A stretch of DNA of 48,168 bases from Candidatus Kuenenia stuttgartensis (GTDB lineage: Bacteria; Planctomycetota; Phycisphaerae; Sedimentisphaerales; CAMDDF01): NCBI GenBank assembly GCA_945890885.1, contig CAMDDF010000003.1:1-48168 (forward strand), read 5' to 3'. This document shows, in pieces, positions 19,606 through 28,546 of the stretch. A program made the translations under genes and the position numbers. Each line of letters opens with the position of its first letter. Positions within the stretch are counted from its first letter, which is position 1. The notes under the pieces are model-generated. The model was not told the origin of the DNA. It did not search any database and was given only the letters and a program-made list of their open reading frames with translations.

Positions 19606-19611
19606 AACTAT

Positions 19612-20352
19612 GTGAAAAATAAAGAATACAGCAAAATATATGACAATGTCAAGTCGCAGATACTTGGCAGCCAATATGCCGCGGGTCAAAAACTGCCCCC
19701 GGAAAGGGTTCTATGTAATCAATTTGGGGTTTCGAGAATAACCGCCAGGCACGCTTTAAGATTACTAAAAGAAGACGGGCTCGTAGAAAGATTTCAAGGC
19801 AAAGGCACATTTGTAAAAAATACTAAAACAGCCAAACTGCCCATAACGGATTTGGGATTTGCCAAATCGGTACAGTTTTACGCGCCAGGACTATACAGAA
19901 AACTTTTAAGAAATGAAATGGTCATCGCCCCTCTGGATATTTCTAAAAGCCTTAGCCTTGATACGCAAAAATGTTTTCTCGCGGTCAGAACTGATATTTT
20001 AGATAATCAAAATATCGCTTTTGACAAGGTTTATATTGTGCCAAAGTACTGCAAAAGCGTTACGGAATATCTATTAGTAAAGGTTGATTTTTTCGAAAAA
20101 TGGCTGGAAACTGAAAAAATCAAAGTCGCTTATTGCAATGAAACAATTGAAGCTATCGAAGCGGATAAGGAAATAGCTTCTATTTTAAATATCAAACACG
20201 GCGGCCCAATTTTAAAAGCTGTAGAAACTTATTATGACACCAACAATATAACTTTTGCTGTTTTTGAATCCTATTACAGTGGAGACAAAGTTAAATTAAC
20301 GTCAACTATCAGCTGCAAGGAAAGATCAAATGCAAGAACTTCTAATATATAA
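19612..20352 (+). CDS. GntR family regulator (HutC/UTRA type)
   Basis: KLPPER..FGVSRITARHAL..QGKGTFV; C-terminal UTRA-like domain. Confidence 0.9.
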   Translation: MKNKEYSKIYDNVKSQILGSQYAAGQKLPPERVLCNQFGVSRITARHALRLLKEDGLVERFQGKGTFVKNTKTAKLPITDLGFAKSVQFYAPGLYRKLLRNEMVIAPLDISKSLSLDTQKCFLAVRTDILDNQNIAFDKVYIVPKYCKSVTEYLLVKVDFFEKWLETEKIKVAYCNETIEAIEADKEIASILNIKHGGPILKAVETYYDTNNITFAVFESYYSGDKVKLTSTISCKERSNARTSNI

Positions 20353-21490
20353 TGTAAATATTGTTTTAACTGATGAGATTTTAACCAATCACTGCTTATT
20401 GATTTCAAATGGCAAGATTAAAGAAATCTCCCCAAATATAAGCCATGACAATATCGAAGCCGTGGACGGTCAAGGCAATTATCTTTGCCCAGGCTTTATC
20501 GACCTGCATATTCACGGCGTTCATGACCAACTCATAGATAACGGGCCAGAAAGTTTATCGAAAATCTGCGAGATTCTGCCTAAATACGGCGTAACCAGCT
20601 TTTTGCCGACAGTTTGCCCCCTACCTAAAGGTACAGATGCTGAATTTCTCAGGACGCTTTCGCAATCTAAACCAAAAGGCACACAAATAGCTGGCTTTCA
20701 TCTTGAAGGGCCGTTCCTGTCATTGACAGGCGCTTTGCCGCCGGAAGCGCTCGGCAATGCAGATGTTGAGCGGATTAAAAACCTCATCAAAGCAGCAAAA
20801 CCCTACAAGGCAATATTCAGCATTTCGCCTGATTTTGAAAATATTACAGATTTAATTCCGATAATGGCAGATAATAATACGCCTGTCTTTATGACACATA
20901 CGAAAGCAAATGTCCAGCAGACTCTGGATGCGATAAAAGCTGGTGCATGCCATGCAACGCATTTTTATGATGTGTTTTATTCGCCGGAAATGACCGATCC
21001 AGGCGTACGTCCATGCGGGTCAGTTGAAGCAATATACGCAAGCGAAAACGTCAGCGTCGATTTCATTCTTGACGGCGTTCATGTTGACCCGATAGCGGTT
21101 AAAATGGCATTGCAATGCAAAGGCCTCGACAAGGTCTGCCTGATTACCGATGCCAATATCGGCGCAGGCTCAGGTGCCGGAAAATACAGTTTCGGCAACG
21201 AGGAAGTTCAAATCGAATATCCCGGCGCACCTGCAAGACTGGTCAAAAACGGCGGACTGGCAGGAAGCGGGCTTACAATGAATCTGGCGGTGAAAAATGC
21301 CGTAAATATGCTTGGCATAGATTTACCGATGGCAGTGAAAATGGCAAGTGATAATCCAGCAAGAGTTTTAAGGCTTGAAAATACAGGTGCGATCAAAAAA
21401 GACTATGATGCTGACTTTACACTTTTAGACAAGCAATTGAATGTAGTCAAGACATTCGTAGGGGGGCAGTGCTGCTATGATAGAAAATAA
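20330..21490 (+). CDS. NagA-like amidohydrolase (divergent N-acetylhexosamine-6-P deacetylase family)
   Basis: PGFIDLHIHG, HLEGPF, ATH, DGVHV, LITDA, LAGSGLTM. Confidence 0.88.
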   Translation: MQELLIYNVNIVLTDEILTNHCLLISNGKIKEISPNISHDNIEAVDGQGNYLCPGFIDLHIHGVHDQLIDNGPESLSKICEILPKYGVTSFLPTVCPLPKGTDAEFLRTLSQSKPKGTQIAGFHLEGPFLSLTGALPPEALGNADVERIKNLIKAAKPYKAIFSISPDFENITDLIPIMADNNTPVFMTHTKANVQQTLDAIKAGACHATHFYDVFYSPEMTDPGVRPCGSVEAIYASENVSVDFILDGVHVDPIAVKMALQCKGLDKVCLITDANIGAGSGAGKYSFGNEEVQIEYPGAPARLVKNGGLAGSGLTMNLAVKNAVNMLGIDLPMAVKMASDNPARVLRLENTGAIKKDYDADFTLLDKQLNVVKTFVGGQCCYDRK

Positions 21491-22793
21491 AGAAGTTTGC
21501 CCGACAAAAAACTTAATTACAGAAACACCTAATAACAGCCGGAATAAATCTGTTATTAAAATAATACTGTTTGTGTTTATGCTCGCGCTTTATTTCATGA
21601 GCTACTTTCATAGAGTTGCCGTTCCTGGAACCATTTTTAATGAATTGCAAAGCGACTTCAACGCCACAGCCACCAATATCGCCATGCTAGGTGCTATTTA
21701 CCTTTACATCTATGCGATCATGCAGATATTCATAGGAATACTTGTGGACAAGATAGGCCCTGCAAGGATAACTATATTTGCTGGGATCATTCTGGCAATT
21801 GGCACAATTTTATTTTCTTTCGCTACTTCATTAAATATGTTGTACGCCACAAGAGCTTTGCTAGCATGCGGTGCCAGTTTCATGTATCTGTGTTTGATAA
21901 AAGAAATCGCAGAATTATTCTCAAGTAAAAATTTTGCTGCCTTTCTTGGTGTAATTATATTAGTAGGCTATATTGGCGGAATCACCGGAACATACCCGTT
22001 TGAAAGAGCCGTAACTTTTATCGGCTGGCGCAGCTCTATACTAATAACGGGCATTATAACCGCTGTTTTTGTTGCAGGTTTTATTTTTCTTCATCTGCGT
22101 ATAAAAGATAAGAAAGTCAACTCTGTAAAGATTTCATTTGAAAATGTAACTTCGGTAATTGCAAATATTTTTACTTTTCCGATATACATATCCAACTGTA
22201 TCAGTTTTTCTATTTACTTTTTAATGCAAAGTTCTATCGGGAAAAAAATTCTCGAGGACGTTTTTAGTTTCAATTCCCAAAAAGCATCTTCATATGTTTT
22301 GGTTTTAGTAGTTCTCAGTATGATAGGAGCCGGCAGCTCGGGTCTTGTTTCAAAATTAATGCAAAATAGACGTAAGCCGCTGATCATTTTCGGTTCTTCA
22401 ATGTCCCTGAGTTTTTGTATTCTAATCCTATTTGCTATCAAAGGTCAGTTAGGGCAATATGTTTTATTGCCAGCTTTTGTTCTTTTGGGATTGTCATCCA
22501 TTGCCCTGCCCATGGGAACAGCATGCATTAAAGAATTAAATGACCATCAGATATCGGCAACGGCTATCAGTTTTATGAATGCCGCCGCTTATGGAGTCAT
22601 TGCTATATTAGTTACCGCTACGGGCTATATAATGGATCTTTTCAGAAATATGGCTACCAAAACAGATAATGCACTTATCTATCCCAAAGAGGCGTATATG
22701 GCAATTTTCACACTATGCCTGGTTTTATCAATATTTTCCTTATTTGGATCATTACTTGTAAAAGAAACGCAAGGCGTTTGTTTAGAGAGTTAA
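21477..22793 (+). CDS. MFS transporter
   Basis: About 12 TM helices; GILVDKIGPAR motif A. Confidence 0.9.
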   Translation: MIENKEVCPTKNLITETPNNSRNKSVIKIILFVFMLALYFMSYFHRVAVPGTIFNELQSDFNATATNIAMLGAIYLYIYAIMQIFIGILVDKIGPARITIFAGIILAIGTILFSFATSLNMLYATRALLACGASFMYLCLIKEIAELFSSKNFAAFLGVIILVGYIGGITGTYPFERAVTFIGWRSSILITGIITAVFVAGFIFLHLRIKDKKVNSVKISFENVTSVIANIFTFPIYISNCISFSIYFLMQSSIGKKILEDVFSFNSQKASSYVLVLVVLSMIGAGSSGLVSKLMQNRRKPLIIFGSSMSLSFCILILFAIKGQLGQYVLLPAFVLLGLSSIALPMGTACIKELNDHQISATAISFMNAAAYGVIAILVTATGYIMDLFRNMATKTDNALIYPKEAYMAIFTLCLVLSIFSLFGSLLVKETQGVCLES

Positions 22794-22820
22794 CAGTTAA
22801 TCATATTTCGGAGAAATAAA

Positions 22821-23756
22821 ATGGCGAAGTTTGAGTTCGAACCAGCAAAATGTATCCCGTTCAGGGACAAAAAAGTCGTCGCAAGATGCAGAGCTATCAA
22901 ACGTGAGGATATCGAAAAACATCCGAATCCTGATTTTAAAATACAAGTCGTCAAAGACGATGATGCAACTTTTTTGTGGTTTGGAGATTTGATTTCTCGG
23001 CTCAAGATGGCCAGTGACACCAATCAAAAAATCGTGATGATACTGCCCAATCCATGGCCTGGCTATCGGCATGTGGCAAGAATCATCAACAGATGCAAAA
23101 TCAACTGCAAAAATCTGTGGGCGTTTGCAATGGATGAATATGCAGACCAGGACGGCAATATTGCACCTGAAAGCTGGGAGTTCGGATTCAGCCATGCGAT
23201 GCTGAAATTTTTCTACTATGAAATCGACGAAGCATTAAGGCCTGCAAGAAAACAGTTTGTATGCTTCAGCGATTTAAAAGACATCAATGATTACAGCAAA
23301 ATGCTAGCCAATCAGGGCGGAGCAGATATCTGCTACAGCGGCCCCGGCTGGACAGGACATCTGGCATTCATCGAGCCGGATGCGCCGGAACTTCAAGCCC
23401 CGCTAGAAGAATGGAAAACATTCGGAGCTAAAATCGTAACATTAAGCCCCTTTACTCTTGCTCAAAATTCGCTTCACGGCTGCTTCGGCAAAAGCGGCGA
23501 TTTAACTGCGGTTCCGCCTAGAGCAGCAACGATAGGCCCTGCTGACGTAATCGCTGCAAAAGCTCGTTTTGATATGCACGGCATAACAATTGCAGGAAGT
23601 AAAAGTTCATGGCAAAGGCTCACGACAAGACTGGTTCTTCACGGGCCCGTTACGCCGTTGTTGCCACAGTCAATTCTGCAAACATTGAAAACCGATGTAT
23701 ATGTAACCGAAACAGCGGCAATGAACATTGAAACCGACTGGGACAGTGGATACTAA
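22821..23756 (+). CDS. NagB-like (glucosamine-6-P isomerase/deaminase fold) protein, divergent
   Basis: MDEY, GPGWTGHLAFIEP, AATIG, GPVTPLLPQSILQ. Confidence 0.8.
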   Translation: MAKFEFEPAKCIPFRDKKVVARCRAIKREDIEKHPNPDFKIQVVKDDDATFLWFGDLISRLKMASDTNQKIVMILPNPWPGYRHVARIINRCKINCKNLWAFAMDEYADQDGNIAPESWEFGFSHAMLKFFYYEIDEALRPARKQFVCFSDLKDINDYSKMLANQGGADICYSGPGWTGHLAFIEPDAPELQAPLEEWKTFGAKIVTLSPFTLAQNSLHGCFGKSGDLTAVPPRAATIGPADVIAAKARFDMHGITIAGSKSSWQRLTTRLVLHGPVTPLLPQSILQTLKTDVYVTETAAMNIETDWDSGY

Positions 23757-23762
23757 TTCACA

Positions 23763-24887
23763 ATGAAAATCATTGTTGCGACAGATTCTTTCAAGGGTAG
23801 TTTGAGTGCTCAAAGAGCCTGCAGAATTATCGCAGACACAATTTCGAAAAAGTGTCCTGATGCGCAGGTTGTAACCAAACCAATGGCAGATGGCGGCGAA
23901 GGCACGGCTGAAATAATGATAAATAACTGTGCCGGGCAATGGATACCTGAAAAAGTGATAGGGCCATTGCCAAATATGAACGTCGAGGCAGGCTTTGTAT
24001 GGATGGAAAACTCTCAGATAGCATTAGTAGAAATGGCCAGCGCAAGCGGTATTACTTTACTGTCCAATGATCTGCTCAATCCGATGAAAACCACCACATA
24101 CGGAACCGGCCAACTACTAAAACATGCAATAGAAAGACATCCCAAAGAGATATTGCTATCCATAGGAGGCAGCGCAACAGTTGATGCCGGTGTTGGAGCA
24201 GCAATGGCATTAGGATGGAAATTTCTCGATGAGAATGGCCAATGCATTGGTCTGGGAGGCGGTGAGATAAAAAACATCAAAGATATTATCCCGCCTGATA
24301 AAAAAATTGACGTTAAAGTAAAAGTGCTATGCGATGTAGATAACCCCCTATATGGGCCAAACGGCGCAGCAGTAATTTTTGGGCCGCAAAAAGGGGCTGA
24401 TTCTGAAATGGTTAAAATTCTGGACTCGGCCATTAAGCAGTTTTCAGATTTAATAAAATCCAAATTGAGCATTGACGTTTCAAATCTTCCGGGAGCAGGA
24501 GCCGCAGGCGGTCTTGGCGCAGGTGCTATAGCATTTATGAATGCAGATATAGTATCAGGAATAGATACCATCATGAATGTCGTAAAGCTTCAGGATGATT
24601 TGCAAAATGCCGATTGGATAATAACTGGCGAGGGAAAATTCGACAGCCAGTCCCTTAACGGAAAAGTCATTTCTGGCATAGTCAATCTGGCAAAAAAGAC
24701 CAACACAAAAGTCATGGTAATAGCCGGCGATGTTATTTTAGATAAGTCGGTCTATCGTAGTTTTGGAATTGTTGATGCAATCGGATTAAAAGAAAAGAAT
24801 ATGACAACAGAATATGCTATGCTAAATTGTGAACAATTATTAAAAACTGCCAGCAATAAATTTGTAGAAAAACATATTATTAAGTAA
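23763..24887 (+). CDS. glxK: Glycerate kinase (class I)
   Basis: DSFKGSL, PMADGGEG, GGSATVDAG, GAGAAGGLG, TGEGKFDSQS. Confidence 0.93.
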   Translation: MKIIVATDSFKGSLSAQRACRIIADTISKKCPDAQVVTKPMADGGEGTAEIMINNCAGQWIPEKVIGPLPNMNVEAGFVWMENSQIALVEMASASGITLLSNDLLNPMKTTTYGTGQLLKHAIERHPKEILLSIGGSATVDAGVGAAMALGWKFLDENGQCIGLGGGEIKNIKDIIPPDKKIDVKVKVLCDVDNPLYGPNGAAVIFGPQKGADSEMVKILDSAIKQFSDLIKSKLSIDVSNLPGAGAAGGLGAGAIAFMNADIVSGIDTIMNVVKLQDDLQNADWIITGEGKFDSQSLNGKVISGIVNLAKKTNTKVMVIAGDVILDKSVYRSFGIVDAIGLKEKNMTTEYAMLNCEQLLKTASNKFVEKHIIK

Positions 24888-24916
24888 AGCATAAATATAT
24901 AGAAAGGATAAGTAAA

Positions 24917-26239
24917 ATGGCAAATAATTTTAAAGCAGGTGCGGCACAAACTGATATAAGCCCGAAAGATTCGCAATTTCTGTTCGGTTATCCACACGTT
25001 AAAAGGTACAGCACAGGCATTCACGACAGGCTGTGGAGTTCGGCATTGTATCTTTCTGATGGAAAAAACGAAGTTATGTTTATTGCTAACGATATAATTT
25101 TCGTAAGCAAAGATCAGTCGAAATATATCCGTCAGCAAATCAGCAAACAAATACCGATAAAGCCTGAAAATATAATGGTAACTGCAACGCATACACATTC
25201 CGGGCCGATTACCCTCGATTATATAAGCAATGAAGCTGACCCTGTCGTGCCTAAGACAGACACAAAATATGTCAAGTTTATGCAGGAGCAAATTATAAAA
25301 GCTGCTGTAAATGCGTATAATTCCGCTGAGCCTGCAAAGGTCGGTTTGGCTATCGCTGATGATACCGGAGTCGGCACCAATCGAAGAAATCCGAACGGGC
25401 CCGCCGACCATAATGTACCTGTGATGGTGGTCAAAAACTTATCGGGCAATAAAAATATTGCCTGCATGCTTGTCTGCTCTATGCACCCGACTGTTCTGCA
25501 CGAGGATTCAACTTTGGTCAGCGGAGATTTTCCTGGACTATCGCGGATATATCTTCAGGAAAATGTTCTCGGCAAGGATTGCCCTGTGTTGCATCATACG
25601 GGCCCTGCCGGCAATCAAAGCCCGCGCCATGTAACCAAGGCAAATACATTTGATGAAGCAAAACGGCTCGGCGAAATCCTCGGCAAGGCAGCCGAAAAGG
25701 CAATTGAAAAAATTGAATACCAATCCGATTTAACAATAAAAGCCAGCGATATCCTTTTGAATGATTTGCCTAAACGCACATTTCCTGCTGTCGATGAAGC
25801 ATCATGCAAACTCAATAAAAGCGTGAACAGGCTGAAAATGCTTAGAGAAACTAAAGCATCATCACAAGAAATACGAACGGCGGAATGCGACTGGTTTGGA
25901 GCGGAAGAAACCCTAACGCTTTCAAAGGCTGCCGCTGATGGAAGACTTGAAAAAGCATACCCAATATGTCTGCCTGCTGAAATTCAGGTTTTCAAAGTCG
26001 GAAAGTGGAATTTTGTCGGCTGGCAAGGTGAAATATTCATCGAATATGCTCTGGAAATTAAAAAACAATCGCCAAATACGTTTGTAATCTCCGTTGCAAA
26101 CGGCGAAATGCAGGGATATATAGTAACCAAAGAGGCTTTCGATGAAGGCGGGTACGAAGCATCTAACGCTATGTTTAGTTATGAAGCCGGCGAAATATTT
26201 GTTGATAAAACTCTCGAAATTCTGGACGAACTTAAATAA
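24917..26239 (+). CDS. Neutral/alkaline ceramidase-like amidohydrolase
   Basis: AGAAQTDISP, GIHDRL, ATHTHSGP, MHPTVL, SGDFPG, GEIF, EGGYEA. Confidence 0.8.
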   Translation: MANNFKAGAAQTDISPKDSQFLFGYPHVKRYSTGIHDRLWSSALYLSDGKNEVMFIANDIIFVSKDQSKYIRQQISKQIPIKPENIMVTATHTHSGPITLDYISNEADPVVPKTDTKYVKFMQEQIIKAAVNAYNSAEPAKVGLAIADDTGVGTNRRNPNGPADHNVPVMVVKNLSGNKNIACMLVCSMHPTVLHEDSTLVSGDFPGLSRIYLQENVLGKDCPVLHHTGPAGNQSPRHVTKANTFDEAKRLGEILGKAAEKAIEKIEYQSDLTIKASDILLNDLPKRTFPAVDEASCKLNKSVNRLKMLRETKASSQEIRTAECDWFGAEETLTLSKAAADGRLEKAYPICLPAEIQVFKVGKWNFVGWQGEIFIEYALEIKKQSPNTFVISVANGEMQGYIVTKEAFDEGGYEASNAMFSYEAGEIFVDKTLEILDELK

Positions 26240-26301
26240 TGGAATATGTATTAGGTATAGACCTTGGCACCAGCAGGAATATTTCAAAAATTGTAGAATG
26301 A
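26239..26301 (+). pseudogene. FGGY carbohydrate kinase, N-terminal remnant
   Basis: ATG overlaps the upstream stop; reads MEYVLGIDLGTS, then diverges and stops after 20 codons. Confidence 0.75.
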
Positions 26302-26327
26302 TGTTAAATAAGTAAACACAAGGAGAA

Positions 26328-27626
26328 ATGTTAATGAAAAAAAATAAAAATGTATTATTTGGCATGTCTGGCGGACCAACGCCGGTGATCAACAACTCTC
26401 TGCGGGGAGTCATAGAAGCCTGTCGCAGTTACCCGTCCGAATTCGGGAAAATCTATGCCGGCTGGCACGGAATTGAGGGCGTTCTCCAAGAGGAACTGAT
26501 CGATATATCGGCTCAACCACAAAAAGAAATTGATCTATTGGCTACAACTCCTGCCGCAGGAGCTGTTGGCACATGTCGCTATAAGCTCACAGAGGATCGT
26601 GCGGAAGATTTTGAGCGAGTTATCGAGGTGCTAAAAGCTCACGATATTGGCTACTTTTTCTACAATGGCGGCAATGACTCTATGGATACCGCCAATAAGG
26701 TGTCCGATTTCGCTAAAGAGAGAAATCTGGATCTTACCGTAGTGGGAATTCCAAAAACGGTTGATAATGATCTGGGCGATCAGGAGATGACATACTGCGA
26801 CCATACCCCCGGTTATGGCTCAATCGCTCGTCATTGGGCTTGTATAATCCAAAATGCCAATGAGGAAAGCATGGGTTGTTGCACGCACAATCCTGTCGTC
26901 GTCATGGAGGCAATGGGCCGCGGCACGGGTTTCATTCCAGCCGCTGTCCGACTGGGAGACCCAAACCGTGAAATGCCTTTGCTTATTGTGATGCCGGAAA
27001 AGAAAATTACTCTTGAGCAAATTGCCGACACCGTCAGCGACAAGCTTAAACAACACGGTCGTTGTATTGTTGTTATGAACTCCGGGCAGGAGTTCGAACC
27101 TTACGGTGGAAAAGACGCCTTTGGGCACCCCGACGGTCTTACTGTTTCCGGGCGTACACAAGGCCTATTTTTGACCAGCTATTTGAGTTCAAAGAACCTT
27201 TCCAAATATGGACCGGCTTTGTGCAATGCTTGGGGAATTGAACAGCGTATGGTGTCGGCGCTTGCCTCCAAGGTCGATCGAGAAGAAGCTTTTCTCGTTG
27301 CAAGACATGCCGTTGAAATTGCTCTCAAGGAAGGAACGGGCTGGATGTCCACCATTGAACGTAAACCCGGAGACACCTATCAAGCTTATTACGACAAGGT
27401 TGCGTTAACTGTAATTGCGAACTCTATACGGGAAGTGCCGAATGACTGGATCACAGAAGACGGTTTTGATGTGACTGACGATTTCGTTAAATACGCCAAA
27501 CCTCTCATCGGTAACGAGTGGGCCGATGTGCCGCTTGAAGGTGGTGTCCAGAGATTTGCCCGTTTCAAGAAAATTTTCGCGGAGAAACGGTGTAAAGAGT
27601 ATGTGCCGATGATGTACAGGCCATAG
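26328..27626 (+). CDS. PfkA-family phosphofructokinase, PPi-dependent signature
   Basis: SGGPTPVIN, GGNDS, PKTVDND, MGR, DAFGH; AAGGAG RBS. Confidence 0.88.
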   Translation: MLMKKNKNVLFGMSGGPTPVINNSLRGVIEACRSYPSEFGKIYAGWHGIEGVLQEELIDISAQPQKEIDLLATTPAAGAVGTCRYKLTEDRAEDFERVIEVLKAHDIGYFFYNGGNDSMDTANKVSDFAKERNLDLTVVGIPKTVDNDLGDQEMTYCDHTPGYGSIARHWACIIQNANEESMGCCTHNPVVVMEAMGRGTGFIPAAVRLGDPNREMPLLIVMPEKKITLEQIADTVSDKLKQHGRCIVVMNSGQEFEPYGGKDAFGHPDGLTVSGRTQGLFLTSYLSSKNLSKYGPALCNAWGIEQRMVSALASKVDREEAFLVARHAVEIALKEGTGWMSTIERKPGDTYQAYYDKVALTVIANSIREVPNDWITEDGFDVTDDFVKYAKPLIGNEWADVPLEGGVQRFARFKKIFAEKRCKEYVPMMYRP

Positions 27627-27668
27627 AAAAAAGCGGGAATAAAAATAATACTTAATGATAGGATTACA

Positions 27669-27741
27669 CTACTGTCCGGTAAAAGTTTCAGGGATTTAAG
27701 GATAAAACGTGCCTGGAAAACAAGTTTTTACCGGACAGTAG
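27669..27741. mobile_element. 73-bp MITE-like element
   Basis: Perfect 16-bp terminal inverted repeats CTACTGTCCGGTAAAA / TTTTACCGGACAGTAG, flanked by direct TACA at 27665-27668 and 27742-27745. Confidence 0.7.
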
Positions 27742-27765
27742 TACAAAGCTGTTATCCGCCCGCGC

Positions 27766-28092
27766 CTTGATCATCATATGACTGCAATAGGAGCTGGCAT
27801 AAAAATACCACAGATATGAGATGGTTTACAGGGATTTGATAATATCAAAGAAAATCACATGTGCGGCCATTTTGCCAGGGCAATTATGAAGTCAACCGCC
27901 GAAACTTTGAAAAATCTGATTGATTGCCTTTGTACTGCCGAAAAGCCTTTAAATGCGGCAGCTACCGGCGGCGGTGCTAAAAGCAATTTCTGGCTAAAAA
28001 TCTGTTCCGAAAAAACCGGCGTAAATATCTTCCGTGCCGACTGCCACGAACCGGCAACCAAAGGAGCCGCAATTACTACCGGGCACTTTTAA
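27766..28092 (+). pseudogene. FGGY carbohydrate kinase, central and C-terminal remnant
   Basis: LDHHMTAIGAG, an in-frame TGA, then GHFARAIMKSTA..ATGGGAKSNFW..EPATKGAA. Confidence 0.8.
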
Positions 28093-28111
28093 AAGCAATC
28101 GGCCGCAGTTT

Positions 28112-28546
28112 TTACTCAGGTCTTTGTCTGAATTCTATAACTTCACCATCCGGCCCGCAAAAATACGCAACCCAAACATCGGGCCTGAATTCAACAGGTT
28201 CGCCGAGAAATTTAACGCCTCTCTGTTTCAATTGTGCAATGTGTGTGTGAAAATCATTAACTTCAAAACCGATGTGAGTCAGCCCATGGTCGTATTGATT
28301 CATATTTCCGGCTTTATTTTGACCTTTGGGATTTGCATATTCAAATATTTCAAGCATTGCGTCGCCTAATTGCAGATGAGCAATTTTACAGACGGCTCCC
28401 TTAACGCCTATCACCCTTGCGATTCGATCATCTGTGATGTTAAGCTCCATAAGCACTTTCATCCCAAGAAAATCCCTGTAAAATTCCAGGGATTTTTCCA
28501 TACTGCTTACGCCCAAACCGACATGTCCCAAACTTTTAATCATCAT
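28112..28546 (-). CDS. VOC/glyoxalase family protein
   Basis: HVGLGVS..FYRDFLG, LEIFEY, HIGFEV, GPDGEVIEF. Confidence 0.9.
   Translation of the reverse strand: MMIKSLGHVGLGVSSMEKSLEFYRDFLGMKVLMELNITDDRIARVIGVKGAVCKIAHLQLGDAMLEIFEYANPKGQNKAGNMNQYDHGLTHIGFEVNDFHTHIAQLKQRGVKFLGEPVEFRPDVWVAYFCGPDGEVIEFRQRPE

Noticed and set aside
27859-28092. 77-aa ORF as an independent gene
   Set aside because: It is the C-terminal fragment of the FGGY pseudogene, in frame with upstream homologous sequence past a stop.
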